DNA of 64,000 nucleotides from Candidatus Thorarchaeota archaeon (lineage in GTDB: Archaea > Asgardarchaeota > Thorarchaeia > Thorarchaeales > Thorarchaeaceae): the NCBI GenBank assembly GCA_048882325.1, contig JBHLRS010000002.1, positions 32,001-96,000 on the forward strand. Direction: 5' to 3'. Below, in pieces: positions 27,239 through 37,979 of the stretch. A program made the translations under genes and the position numbers. The first letter of the stretch is position 1. Each line of letters begins with the position of its first letter. The notes below the pieces were generated by a model, which did not search any database, was not told the origin of the DNA, and saw only the letters and a program-made list of their open reading frames with translations.

Positions 27239-29071
27239 TTAGCCAGTAAGTGAGCTCAGACCAAGACTCTTGATTGTTTCCTCTGTTGGAACACCATTCT
27301 TGTCCCAACCCCGAAGTTCATAGAATCGGTCTAGTGATTTCTCAAAATCCTCCCTATTGAGAAAAGCTTTCATCCCTTTTGCTGGACCATCTGTCTCCTC
27401 TTCCCAGAAACGTGCTGGAAGTGTATCATCGTTTCTTGTTAGACCTTCTCTGATGTTGAAGAGACGAGCGAGGGTTTCAACCCTCTGAGCGAATGAAGCT
27501 ATACTCTCTTTGTCATAATTATGTCCAGTGGCTCCATTGAGCATAGTGATATTTTGGCCATGCTTCAAAGGCATGTGATAAGTGAAATGGCAAACAACTA
27601 AACTATCGCGTAGAATTTTGATATCTCTCTGTTCAATCAACGACTCAATCACATCAAGAGCAGATGAGTCTGGTTGATCAGTGGTCTGAGGCCATCCCCG
27701 AAGATGACTCGCGCCCATACTTGAGGTGGCATATGAAAGACCCATTCCTTTTTTGCCTCTTGGATCCCATGCAGGAACATCTATGCCCTTGACATGTACA
27801 GCGAAGGTTTCACTTCCCTTGCCAATCTCAATCGACGCTTGGTGAACGCCCTTTGCAAGGATTGCACCAATTCCTTCTTTGTATGCGATCAATTTGAGAA
27901 GCTTCTTTGCACCTTCAAAGTCTCCAAATGGTAGTGGAAACCCGATGTCTTCTTCTGTTAGTACACCTTTTTCAAAAGCCTCCATCGCAAACCCGATTAC
28001 TCCCCCGGCTCCTATAGTATCGATACCCAGGTCATCACAAAGATAGGTTAATTGAAAGACACACTGAGGATCATGAATCCCAAGATTTCCTCCACAGAGT
28101 CCCAGTGTTTCATATTCGACAGTCGCTTCGACTTCGGTTCCTGGAATGAGTGGATGGTCGGTTTTGTATCCACGAGTACATCGCATTATACAATGCGGGC
28201 AGGAGAGATGTGTACCCATGCTCCATGTTTCAAACTCTTCTGGAGTTAAAGATTCATATCCTTCAAAGTACCCATTCTGGAAATTTCGGGTTGGAAATTG
28301 TCCCCTTTCGTTAGAGACCTCCACGAGGAAAGGAGTACCATATTTCTTGAAGTCAGAATCAGGCTTCTCATTCCAGAACTTAGTGACTGCCCTATTCACC
28401 TCCCGAATAGTATCACGATTATCAGCTTTTATAGTGTTAGTTCCTCTGACAACAACACCTTTGAGATTCTTGGATCCCAGAATTGCTCCTGCGCCCCCTC
28501 TACCTGTTTGATGAGCTAGCTCACAACATCCAGTTGCAGACAGCACAAGATTCTCGCCAGCAGGGCCAATCACGTAAACTGCTGAGCCCTTGTTTGTTCT
28601 TTCATGAAGAATACTCGTCGCTTCCTGTGTACCCTTCCCCCAGATATCCTGTGCGTTTTCAAACCTAACAGAGTCATCCTCTACCACTAAGACGACGGGA
28701 TTATCGGATTTCCCCATGACTGCAATAGCATCATATCCCGCATTCTTGATCTCTCTTCCCAAAGGACCTCCACAGTGCGTATCCAAGAAGAAACCAGACA
28801 AAGGGGATTTGGTGATTAACGACCATCGACCTACATTCGGAGCAGGAAGACCTTGAAGTGGTCCTGTCATGAAGAATAGAATGTTCTCAGAGTCCAGAGG
28901 GTTGACTCCCTGCTTCAGATATCGATACAGTAGATAGGTGCCAAGACCTTTTCCACCTACGAAGTCTTTGTAGACCTGATGTGCAAGTTCCTCAGTACGA
29001 GTTCTTTTTGAGGTCAGGTCTACCCAGAGTATTTTGCCATTCCAACCTTTGAATCTCATGATAATGGACAT
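27239..29071 (-). CDS. aor: Aldehyde:ferredoxin oxidoreductase (tungstopterin AOR family)
   Basis: GKILWVDLT, KSPLSG, IGPAGEN, GRGGAGAILGSKNLK, CPHCIMRC, EYET, CDDLGIDT, DSLVVCHF, FYELRGWD. Confidence 0.92.
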   Translation of the reverse strand: MSIIMRFKGWNGKILWVDLTSKRTRTEELAHQVYKDFVGGKGLGTYLLYRYLKQGVNPLDSENILFFMTGPLQGLPAPNVGRWSLITKSPLSGFFLDTHCGGPLGREIKNAGYDAIAVMGKSDNPVVLVVEDDSVRFENAQDIWGKGTQEATSILHERTNKGSAVYVIGPAGENLVLSATGCCELAHQTGRGGAGAILGSKNLKGVVVRGTNTIKADNRDTIREVNRAVTKFWNEKPDSDFKKYGTPFLVEVSNERGQFPTRNFQNGYFEGYESLTPEEFETWSMGTHLSCPHCIMRCTRGYKTDHPLIPGTEVEATVEYETLGLCGGNLGIHDPQCVFQLTYLCDDLGIDTIGAGGVIGFAMEAFEKGVLTEEDIGFPLPFGDFEGAKKLLKLIAYKEGIGAILAKGVHQASIEIGKGSETFAVHVKGIDVPAWDPRGKKGMGLSYATSSMGASHLRGWPQTTDQPDSSALDVIESLIEQRDIKILRDSLVVCHFTYHMPLKHGQNITMLNGATGHNYDKESIASFAQRVETLARLFNIREGLTRNDDTLPARFWEEETDGPAKGMKAFLNREDFEKSLDRFYELRGWDKNGVPTEETIKSLGLSSLTG

Positions 29072-29086
29072 CCAGATTTTTTCGCT

Positions 29087-29236
29087 CTAATCAATCTCAA
29101 TCTTTGTAATCTTTTCAAGATTGATGTCTCTCAGATTATCGAGTAGCGCCATCAATACATCATTGATTATCCTAGCAACAAAGTCGTTCATGTGAATCTC
29201 TTTTCCCTGTACATACAATACGAAATCAGCTGTCAT
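29087..29236 (-). CDS. Unlisted 49-aa ORF resembling the C-terminal domain of some MobB proteins
   Basis: Hand translation MTADFVLYVQGKEIHMNDFVARIINDVLMALLDNLRDINLEKITKIEID; stops 15 bp before the aor start. Confidence 0.7.
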   Translation of the reverse strand: MTADFVLYVQGKEIHMNDFVARIINDVLMALLDNLRDINLEKITKIEID

Positions 29237-29399
29237 GGATAGACAACAAATCAACGCAGCATATTAGTCTTACAGAAGTGCTATGTATGAGCTAGTGCTT
29301 AGGAATTGTGATGTGGAGCCGAGTCCGATACGCATTTATACCCTTCATCTTCGTACCATCGCGACTGATGGTGACCATCACCAAGTGAGGAATTCAGAT

Positions 29400-31337
29400 A
29401 TGTCCCAGTTGAGTTCATTAAAGTCAGTAATTAGTGGTGCTGACCAATCGGAAGAACGCGTTGGAAGATTAGCAGGTTTTGGAAGTATCTTTGGAATTAT
29501 AGCAGCTGCATTCGGCCTTATAATGGGTAAGACTCTCATTCCAGTTCCTGGGTTGAGATGGGAGGTGTTTTCCCTTGTACCTTTCGATTGGATGATGGAA
29601 GGAAGTGATCAATATACTCTATTTGTTGCCATTTTCATGGGTCTAATGGCTGCAGCTCTTCTTCTCCAAGGTTTAGGTTCTAGGAAACTTGGAAGTTTCT
29701 TAGGCAGCGGGTTTGTCAATGTTTTTTGGGGAGGTTTTGTGTTTGCAGTTGCAACTGCATATTTCGTTCCAACATCTTTTGCTAGAGTTTTCAGTAACTC
29801 ACTCATTCCAAATTTCATGCCTCTGATGTATTTCCTTGGAGCGTTCTTTGTAATATGCTGGCAACTGACAGCGATAATATATACGGATTCGAGTAAAACT
29901 TGGATTGGTTTCCTCGCTGGTATTCTGAACGCTTTATTTATACCAATGCTTGCAATTGGACAAGCAATCAGTCCAACACTAATCTATGTAGCCTATGGTA
30001 TTCTTCTCGTCGGCCAGTTGACGGCTCTTTTATTCTGGTGGTCACCCTTCAACACTATTCGTGAATTCGCGAGAAGTCCTGACAAAGCCAAAATCGCCTT
30101 TGGATTAAGTGGTTTCGTGACTTTTGCAATTGGACTTGCTGCAATCATTGTCGGTCCAATGGGCATCGAACAAGACATACCAGTCTGGTACCCTTGGAGC
30201 ACATTAGTGAGTGAAACAACATACCTAACTAATCCAGCACTTGTCTTTAGCTTGTTGGCTTTTATGATCTATTGGATTATGTTGGCTCCAAGGCTTGGCG
30301 CCCGAGAACTAAAAGCAGCAGCTATAGGAGAGGACATAGTCAAAGGCGGGAACAAATACTTCATGATGCTCATGGCGATAATGGGACTGATCGCTGCGGG
30401 ACAAGCTGGTGCGTACATAAGCGGAGTTGGAACATGGGGTTTCTTCCTGGTTACAGGACCTGCTGGTGTGATGTTCATTATGGGTGCGTCTTACACTGCA
30501 AAGACCGATATGATTACAGGAATACCATTAGTGGTAACATCCGTTTTTCTTATGGTCCATCCATTTGTCCTTCAACCACTTGTATTCTTGCCATGGATCT
30601 TAATCCTCGTGAGTCAATTCCTTCTGATGATTGAGTCTTGGTGGAGAGGACTTACAGGATTCTCACAAGGAGCACTGGCGGTTATAACCAGTCTCGCCGC
30701 GTCTCTAGCAATAATTATCTTCATGACTGGAGGATTTGGTAGTGGTCCTCTCGCACTTTGGCCAACAAACCGTTGGTTCAACATTACTTTGATTCCTGGA
30801 GTACCTGCAGCAATTCAAGGACCAGCAATCATTGTCCTACCTCTCTTGATACTCCTGATTAGGAATGTGTCCTTAGCGGGATATTCGTATGGTCGTGGAT
30901 ACACTACAGGTGGCATTCTTATGGGTGCAAGTGTTTTGTTCGCGTTCATGATTCCAGCTATTGCAGGAAATGAGAGTGTCGCACATGAGGCTAACACTGG
31001 AGCAGCTCTACTACTAGCATTATACTCTATCAGCCTTGTGCTAGTCATGTCACTTAACATCAATCTAGCAAACGACGTGGAGGACCAAGGTCACGGGTTT
31101 GAAGGTAGCCTAATCAAAGTATCAACTGTTGCAGGACTTATTGCAGCAGCTGTTGTTGTTATTCTAGTGTTGGTAGTCTTTGCTGGAATGCCATCACCCA
31201 CAGAGATTGCTACAATGATTTCAATCATGGTGACCTTTGTGGTTGCGAGTGAGGTTCTATCTATCATAGGCTGGTTCATTGCAGGTGTTAGACTGGGAAT
31301 GCTGAAGGAAGGCTTTAGTTTCTCGAGAATCAAATAA
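29400..31337 (+). CDS. Polytopic membrane protein of unknown function (roughly 16-18 TM)
   Basis: Continuous hydrophobic segments; likely ATG 29400 after GTGAGG. Confidence 0.7.
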   Translation: MSQLSSLKSVISGADQSEERVGRLAGFGSIFGIIAAAFGLIMGKTLIPVPGLRWEVFSLVPFDWMMEGSDQYTLFVAIFMGLMAAALLLQGLGSRKLGSFLGSGFVNVFWGGFVFAVATAYFVPTSFARVFSNSLIPNFMPLMYFLGAFFVICWQLTAIIYTDSSKTWIGFLAGILNALFIPMLAIGQAISPTLIYVAYGILLVGQLTALLFWWSPFNTIREFARSPDKAKIAFGLSGFVTFAIGLAAIIVGPMGIEQDIPVWYPWSTLVSETTYLTNPALVFSLLAFMIYWIMLAPRLGARELKAAAIGEDIVKGGNKYFMMLMAIMGLIAAGQAGAYISGVGTWGFFLVTGPAGVMFIMGASYTAKTDMITGIPLVVTSVFLMVHPFVLQPLVFLPWILILVSQFLLMIESWWRGLTGFSQGALAVITSLAASLAIIIFMTGGFGSGPLALWPTNRWFNITLIPGVPAAIQGPAIIVLPLLILLIRNVSLAGYSYGRGYTTGGILMGASVLFAFMIPAIAGNESVAHEANTGAALLLALYSISLVLVMSLNINLANDVEDQGHGFEGSLIKVSTVAGLIAAAVVVILVLVVFAGMPSPTEIATMISIMVTFVVASEVLSIIGWFIAGVRLGMLKEGFSFSRIK

Positions 31338-31368
31338 TTGCCGCTCCAACCAATTAGAGTGATTAACA

Positions 31369-32118
31369 TTGGTTCCTGATGTAAAGGGTATAAAGACCCA
31401 CGCAGAAGGAGCCACTGTTGCATTTCTATTAATTCATGGTTTTGCAGCGTCAACAGACGAAGTGACAACGCTAAGTGAATTCTTGGCTAATCTGGGATAT
31501 GCATCCTTCGCTGTACAATTAGAAGGCCATGGAACCACTCCTGAAGAATTCAAAGCAACTACTTGGGGAGACTGGTTAGATTCCGCTAAAAGAGGACTCG
31601 AAGTAGTGCGTTCATGGAAACCTAAACATCTTTTCATTGGGGGTGTATCAATGGGTGGTCTCCTTTCCTTACTGATAGCAGGTGAAGAAGATGATATTAG
31701 CGGTATAGTAACGCTTGGAGCTGCGTTAAAAATTCCAGGAATTCTACCCAAGTTATTTCCTATTCTCAAGTATTTTATGAAGTGGCGTGACATCGATCTC
31801 GAAAAAGCGCAACGAGTTTATGATGTGAAGCGATTCAAATATGATAGGGAACCGGTTTCGGCATACGGAGAGCTCTTCGCTCTGCAGAAACTCGTTTGGA
31901 ATAATTTGCAGAAGGTAACGATACCAGCACTCATTCTTCAAGGACTTGAAGACAAAACAGTTGATCCAGCTAGTAGTCAGATCATCTTCGATGGGATTTC
32001 TTCAGAATCGAAAGAGCTCCACATGATTGAAGATGCTGAACATGTAATCACCTGTCACCCAACTCGCGCCGTGGCGTATCCTCTCATTCAAAGTTTTACA
32101 GAGAAGATTATTGACTGA
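31369..32118 (+). CDS. Carboxylesterase, alpha/beta hydrolase
   Basis: LIHGF, GVSMGG nucleophile elbow, QGLEDKTV, AEHVI. Confidence 0.88.
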   Translation: MVPDVKGIKTHAEGATVAFLLIHGFAASTDEVTTLSEFLANLGYASFAVQLEGHGTTPEEFKATTWGDWLDSAKRGLEVVRSWKPKHLFIGGVSMGGLLSLLIAGEEDDISGIVTLGAALKIPGILPKLFPILKYFMKWRDIDLEKAQRVYDVKRFKYDREPVSAYGELFALQKLVWNNLQKVTIPALILQGLEDKTVDPASSQIIFDGISSESKELHMIEDAEHVITCHPTRAVAYPLIQSFTEKIID

Positions 32119-32821
32119 ACCTCTTTTGATTTAGAATGGCTAAAGCTCTGTCGGGATAATCAGTGATTAATCCATCAACACCAATTGAGAGAAGCTTTTT
32201 CATGAGTGAGCTGTCATTTATTGTCCATGGATAAATCAAGAGACCAGCGTTGTGAGATTCCCTAACAAGATTTTCAGAGATTAGATCAAAGTGAGGATTT
32301 ATTGCATTGGCTTTGAAATCCAAAGAGTAGTTCACAAGGTCCGGTTTAGGTTTGCTAACCAGGATGGCAGTTATTACTGCATCGCTGAGGTCTCTAGTAG
32401 TTGCTAATGCACCATGGAAGAATGAGGAAATTATCACATTTGGAAGCATATTGTTATGTTCAATGATATCCAAAACCTTCTGTTCTACTCCTATCACCTT
32501 TAGTTCTATATTGACACGAATTTTACCAAAAGCATATTTCAGAACATTATCAAGCAAGGGTATGATTTCACCCTGGCCAGCATTTAGCTTGAGTAGGTCT
32601 TTGTATTTGAAGGAGTGAATCTCACCGCTACCATCTGTTGTTCGGTCCAGTGTCGAATCATGAATGCAGACCAACTCACCATCGAAGGTTTCATGAACAT
32701 CAAGCTCAATCATATGAGCACCTAGCTCAACTGCATGTCTGAATGAACGGAGTGTGTTTTCTGGGAGCAATCCAGATGCACCACGGTGTGCAATGACAAT
32801 CTGCGCGTTAATCATTTCCAC
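32108..32821 (-). CDS. Glycerophosphodiester phosphodiesterase
   Basis: IAHRGASG..PENT, IELDV, HDSTLDRTT, NIELK, WTIN, GLITDYP. Confidence 0.92.
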   Translation of the reverse strand: MEMINAQIVIAHRGASGLLPENTLRSFRHAVELGAHMIELDVHETFDGELVCIHDSTLDRTTDGSGEIHSFKYKDLLKLNAGQGEIIPLLDNVLKYAFGKIRVNIELKVIGVEQKVLDIIEHNNMLPNVIISSFFHGALATTRDLSDAVITAILVSKPKPDLVNYSLDFKANAINPHFDLISENLVRESHNAGLLIYPWTINDSSLMKKLLSIGVDGLITDYPDRALAILNQKRFSQ

Positions 32822-32851
32822 ACTCCTTCGGTCTAGACTATTACTCTCAAA

Positions 32852-33154
32852 TTACGCAGTGTCATCTGGTCGTGCAAGCCCTGTTCCACCACAGCGTGGA
32901 CAGGTGCTCATCTCATCTCCACTCTTAATCTTCCCGGTTCCTTTACAGTAATAGCAGTCGTCGCTAGGGATATCTAGAGAACTTTCAGCTTCACGGGCAA
33001 AAGCGGCGCCAACCCCAATCAAGACAACTGAGAAAAACATCAGGAATAATGAAACAATGTAGAGGTTGGGTATCGGAAGAACAAGAAGCAATGTGCCAAG
33101 GAACAAAACGATTCCAAAGATTGCAAGTAGAAGACCTGTTGTTTTTCGATCCAT
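32852..33154 (-). CDS. Small 2-TM protein with DnaJ-type zinc finger
   Basis: CYYCKGTG and CPRCGGTG after two hydrophobic helices; no J domain. Confidence 0.7.
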   Translation of the reverse strand: MDRKTTGLLLAIFGIVLFLGTLLLVLPIPNLYIVSLFLMFFSVVLIGVGAAFAREAESSLDIPSDDCYYCKGTGKIKSGDEMSTCPRCGGTGLARPDDTA

Positions 33155-33479
33155 TGTTAATACCCATCCCTATGGACTAACCGATTGCCCTACTCACCTG
33201 CTTAATAATTTGTGGATGCTGTTAGAGAATGTATATTGGAAATATGACTAGCAGAAGCAGAGGATTGTTGGTGGTGAACCAAAAATCCCTCAAATCTTAG
33301 CTCTTGTTGTTGTAATCGAATTTCCAGATTTCTGATAGTCTACTATCAATTAGTGGTAGCAATTTGCCGCTATAAGTATATTCGAATTGTCACAGTACAG
33401 TGCAGAACATTCGAAGTAAATCACCCGAAATGATAATAGAGTGAGATGAAGGTAGTATAGAACTGCGGGAGACAGGAAG

Positions 33480-34397
33480 ATGTCAAGAACAGACCTCTTT
33501 GCAAAGTACACTCAGATTTATGCAAAAGCTCAGGCTAAAGAGATAGTACCTGATGGAACCTTCGTCAGACAGTTGGTAGACCTACCAAGACGAAACTATG
33601 ATGTTGGAATTTTCTTCAAGGCAAAGCGAGTAGGTAGAATTGTTCAGATGTATCTCGGAAATCCAATTCCATCCGAAGTAGCAACTCAGGAGGGATTCCT
33701 TGAAACTGAGGATTCAAACTACCTGAGCCGAACTATTCTCTCTAAATTTAAGACAGTTGATTTTCTGAGGGTAGTGATCTCTGCGAAAGAAGTGTTGACT
33801 GAGAAAGACAAACGAATTGAATTCCTAAAAACCTCTCAACGAATTATCGATGTAGCACTTAGGAAAGCTCGTAACATCTTGCATGTAGGAGAGCTGGAAC
33901 CATTTCGGTTTGATACCAAAGTCCGAACTTTGGATGAGTTTCTTGTCAGAGAATTAAAAATGGATGATGTTTCAGTGGAGGCTGCATCAATTCCCTTCAA
34001 TGTTGCAGGACCTCAATATATCCTTCTTGCCGATGGTTCGATGATTGTAATTGGAGATGAACCACAAGTCCCTCAAGCAGAGTTCTATCTAGTTGGTGGG
34101 ATTGGATACAGATTTGACAAGACTGAAGGAGCTATCAGTGAGGAACGACTTTTTAGAACTACTGCAGATTTGTCGCCTCACGGTATCGATGAAGCGTACA
34201 TCGATGGTATGATACAAAGGGTGACAGAAGACTTCCAAAACAAGCTTCATTCTTTGATTTTTGCAGATGTTTGGAAGAAAGGTAAATCTGGACCTATTGG
34301 TGTCAATTTTGGCGGTGACCTTCTCATAAAGGCTGAACAGAGTAGTGAGATATGGGAAGGAGTCTTTGAAGTCTATGTAAAACCACCTAAAGCATGA
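33480..34397 (+). CDS. Hypothetical protein
   Basis: 305-aa ORF with upstream purine-rich SD-like sequence; no family recognised. Confidence 0.6.
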   Translation: MSRTDLFAKYTQIYAKAQAKEIVPDGTFVRQLVDLPRRNYDVGIFFKAKRVGRIVQMYLGNPIPSEVATQEGFLETEDSNYLSRTILSKFKTVDFLRVVISAKEVLTEKDKRIEFLKTSQRIIDVALRKARNILHVGELEPFRFDTKVRTLDEFLVRELKMDDVSVEAASIPFNVAGPQYILLADGSMIVIGDEPQVPQAEFYLVGGIGYRFDKTEGAISEERLFRTTADLSPHGIDEAYIDGMIQRVTEDFQNKLHSLIFADVWKKGKSGPIGVNFGGDLLIKAEQSSEIWEGVFEVYVKPPKA

Positions 34398-35973
34398 TGA
34401 GATCAAAAGCATCAATAGCAATGAACACTGCACGAAAAGCATAGATCCTGAAGGTGTACGTGGAAATTCCACTTTCAACTTCATCAAGCGCTACACGAAA
34501 AGCTGTAATGGAGCTATTTCCGTAGGAGGTTAGAAGAGAAGGAAGGGAATCTAGCGTCACCTTTTGGATACCGTTTCCAGCCGCGAGAGCTATGTCGTTC
34601 ATCAGAACATCAATGTCCTGATAAACACTGTCCCTCCTTCCAAGCACATCAGTCGAGTTACCTATTTCTCCAAGTCGTAAACTCCATGATGTTTCTAGTT
34701 TCGAAATGGAGCTGGAGTAAGAGTGCACTAAATATTCACCAACATCTCCACGCATCTCAAAGGAAAAACGAGAACGACTACAGGAAACAGATACATTTTC
34801 CCAATCTCGTAGTGAGGCTGTAGTCACTCCGCATAGCTTCATTGCATTTGCATCACCATCAAGCAGGTCATCAATAACAAATGATTCGACCAATAATCCA
34901 GATGGAATCCCTGTAGCTAGTACCTCAGAATACAGTGTAGCTGAGGCATTCTCAATTCGACCAGCATCGACTGAATAGATCGAAGACCGCATTAAACTTC
35001 CAAATCCGATAAGGTCAAGGTTTCTTGTTTTCCGCATTAGCTCTTGCCATTCCGGTCCTGAAAGTGTCATGTCGAAAAGGATAGAGTCCGGTAGATTGGT
35101 TATGTTAACTAGGTCAACATCGAAGAGATGATTCAATCCGAAACTATGACTCGCATAGATGTCCTCAATCAGTTGAGTTGTGGCTAATGTGTTAAGATGT
35201 TCAGATGCCAATAAATCACGATTGGCACTAATTGTGATAGAATAGGAAATTGCTGTATTGTTTAGCTCTATAGCCCAAGCTCGAAGTCTAGACAACGAAA
35301 GAGCATCAGATGAACGGACACGGAAGTCGAGGGAGAATTCATTTGATTCGATTTCGGTCAGAAGTTGATTTGAAGGTACGATTCCTTGATAGGGAAAGTC
35401 AAAATCAGATAGTGGAACACTTAGTTGGATGTGAGGTATATTGTGTACTTCCGTGTTTGCTATCGGAGTCTGGCCCATGAGAACAGTTGAGAGTGGGAAA
35501 GCAAGACCAAGGAGATTCACGAAGATAAAGTATGCAATCACCTTCTTTCCAGCTTCTCTAAGTTTTCCTCTCGGTCGAAAACGCCCCATAATGAATAGAG
35601 AAACAACTGCGATGACATTGAATAGCAAGCAGATAATGAAACCTCTAACAAGCAGAGAAAGCATGCCAAAAAAGACTGTACAAATCACCAAAAATACAAA
35701 ATTCCATGCAGCAGTTCGACCAAGATAATAAGCTCTGATCATGATAGGTAGAATGATCATCATAGGTAGAATATACAGCGCGATTGGGAGGGAGTCGATA
35801 AACCCAACACCACTGAAGGTCATTCTGAGTGTGACGGATATTAGTGCATACAGAATTAGGATCATGTTAGCAGTCAGTACTAGTGTGATATATCGATGAA
35901 GGAATAAGTCATACTTCGGAATTGAATTGACTCGTCGTCGAACTTTTCTGCGAGCTTCAAGCAGCTGACTCAT
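34387..35973 (-). CDS. Membrane protein (about 5 N-terminal TM plus large soluble domain), unknown function
   Basis: Long ORF, SD GAGGAG, hydropathy pattern. Confidence 0.65.
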   Translation of the reverse strand: MSQLLEARRKVRRRVNSIPKYDLFLHRYITLVLTANMILILYALISVTLRMTFSGVGFIDSLPIALYILPMMIILPIMIRAYYLGRTAAWNFVFLVICTVFFGMLSLLVRGFIICLLFNVIAVVSLFIMGRFRPRGKLREAGKKVIAYFIFVNLLGLAFPLSTVLMGQTPIANTEVHNIPHIQLSVPLSDFDFPYQGIVPSNQLLTEIESNEFSLDFRVRSSDALSLSRLRAWAIELNNTAISYSITISANRDLLASEHLNTLATTQLIEDIYASHSFGLNHLFDVDLVNITNLPDSILFDMTLSGPEWQELMRKTRNLDLIGFGSLMRSSIYSVDAGRIENASATLYSEVLATGIPSGLLVESFVIDDLLDGDANAMKLCGVTTASLRDWENVSVSCSRSRFSFEMRGDVGEYLVHSYSSSISKLETSWSLRLGEIGNSTDVLGRRDSVYQDIDVLMNDIALAAGNGIQKVTLDSLPSLLTSYGNSSITAFRVALDEVESGISTYTFRIYAFRAVFIAIDAFDLIML

Positions 35974-36073
35974 TAGACTCCCTCTGATTTCAAACTATAG
36001 GGTAGATAAGGTTGATGTGCTCAACCTTTAAGATGCTGTGGTATTGGCTTCAAGATGTGAGTGATCGTCAAGC

Positions 36074-37270
36074 ATGTATGATGTTGTAGTTATTGGAGCA
36101 GGACCAGGAGGTGCAACAGCAGCTCGTGCTTTGGCCAAGAATGGACTGGAAGTGTGTTTGATTGACAAAGACAGATTCCCCAGAGACAAACCGTGCGGCG
36201 GTGGCTTTTCACAAGGTATAATCGATGAGTTTTCGTATCTAAAACCACGAACAGATGAGTTTTTGAAGGGAGTGGCTCGAGTGGGGGTACTTCACTCTCC
36301 GAACAGACGGATAGTCCTTGAGGGAAGGGTGGATATGGCAGTCACCCTCCGGATAGACTTTGATAACGTCCTCTTTGAAGAAGCGGTTTCTGCAGGGGCA
36401 ATACCATTGACAGAAACACGGGCTAAGATGATACACATCAAAGATGATTGTGTTACTATTGATTTGGCAGGCGGAGAACATATCCGAGGAAAGATGATCG
36501 TAGGAGCGGACGGAGTCACTAGCATGGTTGCAAGAGAAACAGACCTGAATAGGAGTTGGCCAAAATCGAGTATTACTGCTTGCAGGGTATGCGAAGTTCC
36601 AGCTTCAACCAGTGATATTCTCGACCGATACACGAAAGATCTCAAGTATCATTTCTTTGCGAATCTCGGTGGACAACCTGGTTATGCGTGGTTGTTCCCG
36701 AAAACGGAAACCATCAATGTTGGTCTAGGATTAGTAAGTACCCATGCTAAAGGATTACCGCGATTGTTTGATGCTTTTGTGAAATATCTCAAGCGGAGGG
36801 ATCTTCTCCCAGACTCTTCGGACCTGACATCTGCAAAAGGAGCCTTAGTACCAACTGGAGGGCCAATAGATCAAACTGTAACAGACCGATGCATTCTCCT
36901 TGGTGATTCCGCAGGTCATGTGAGTCCGCTTACTGGTGGTGGAATTGTCTACGCAATGCGTGCAGCCCGGAGCGCGTCTCAGGTGATAACATCTGCAATC
37001 GAAAACGAAACCCTTGATGCAGGTAGTCTTGGAAAATATCAAGAGCTTTGGCAATCAGAGTTTGGAAAGGATTTTAGGAACCAACTCTTGGCTCAGAGAG
37101 TCTTCACAAGCCCATTCACCGACTTGCTGTTTCACATAGGTAGCAAGGATGAGAAGATTCAGGCGATGGTTTCAGAGTCTATGTCAGAAACGTCTGAGGG
37201 TGAGATAGATGTATTGAAACTCGCTCTTCGAACCCTCAAGGTTTGTTTGCGTGAGGTGTTCAGTCCGTAG
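36074..37270 (+). CDS. Geranylgeranyl reductase family FAD oxidoreductase
   Basis: DVVVIGAGPGG, PRDKPCGGG, GADG, GYAWLFPK, LLGDSAG.VSPLTGGGI. Confidence 0.9.
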   Translation: MYDVVVIGAGPGGATAARALAKNGLEVCLIDKDRFPRDKPCGGGFSQGIIDEFSYLKPRTDEFLKGVARVGVLHSPNRRIVLEGRVDMAVTLRIDFDNVLFEEAVSAGAIPLTETRAKMIHIKDDCVTIDLAGGEHIRGKMIVGADGVTSMVARETDLNRSWPKSSITACRVCEVPASTSDILDRYTKDLKYHFFANLGGQPGYAWLFPKTETINVGLGLVSTHAKGLPRLFDAFVKYLKRRDLLPDSSDLTSAKGALVPTGGPIDQTVTDRCILLGDSAGHVSPLTGGGIVYAMRAARSASQVITSAIENETLDAGSLGKYQELWQSEFGKDFRNQLLAQRVFTSPFTDLLFHIGSKDEKIQAMVSESMSETSEGEIDVLKLALRTLKVCLREVFSP

Positions 37271-37820
37271 GGTGAAGAATATCTGTCTGTAGGTTCTCAA
37301 TCAGTGAGTGTATCTCCGGTCGTCCCAGAAGCTTCCTGCGAGTTTCACTCATATTGTTTATCACACACGCAATTCCAATGACCTGTGCACCTATTTTTTC
37401 AACTACCTTTGATACAGCAAGTACTGTAGTGCCTTGAATCAACCAATCGTCAACTATTGCTACTCGGTCGCCCGGATCTAATGACTCAGAAACAAGAGCA
37501 AGTCGTTTATCGGCAAATTTGCTTGATGGTAGATATTCAACCGGGCGCTCATAATCATCAGGTAAGTAAGCAATCGAACGGGCTGGTACAATCCCACATC
37601 CAAGATAGTACGCTATTGCACTACCTAGTGCGAGTCCTCTTTGTTCGATTCCAATGACCTTGTTTGGTCGGACCTCCACAAGTGGCTTTGCAAGAGTTAC
37701 TACTGCCTCATGAAAGATATGAGGGTGCTCGAGAAGTCTGCTGATGTCACAGACTGCTTGTCCGGGTTGTGGCCAATCTTTGATTACATCAACGTATTCA
37801 GAGAAATCTACATCCACCAT
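37260..37820 (-). CDS. apt: Adenine phosphoribosyltransferase-like protein
   Basis: DWPQPG...DIS.LL, GIEQRG, PRPP motif VAIVDDWLIQGTT (divergent). Confidence 0.7.
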   Translation of the reverse strand: MVDVDFSEYVDVIKDWPQPGQAVCDISRLLEHPHIFHEAVVTLAKPLVEVRPNKVIGIEQRGLALGSAIAYYLGCGIVPARSIAYLPDDYERPVEYLPSSKFADKRLALVSESLDPGDRVAIVDDWLIQGTTVLAVSKVVEKIGAQVIGIACVINNMSETRRKLLGRPEIHSLIENLQTDILHPTD

Positions 37821-37979
37821 CTTTTCAACCTGAGGTCAGCTAGCTACTAACAAGATTTTATTCTTTCTGTATTGCTTATTGTTCTGTATCTTGATGACAA
37901 TACGGATAGTCGCACACGAAACAGTTAAGATACAACAAAAGGCAAGGGTCAATACTCAGCTAGGAGGCGCTGAGCAGTT

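Noticed and set aside
32852-33154. dnaJ call
   Set aside because: Only two CxxCxGxG motifs; no J domain or HPD motif.
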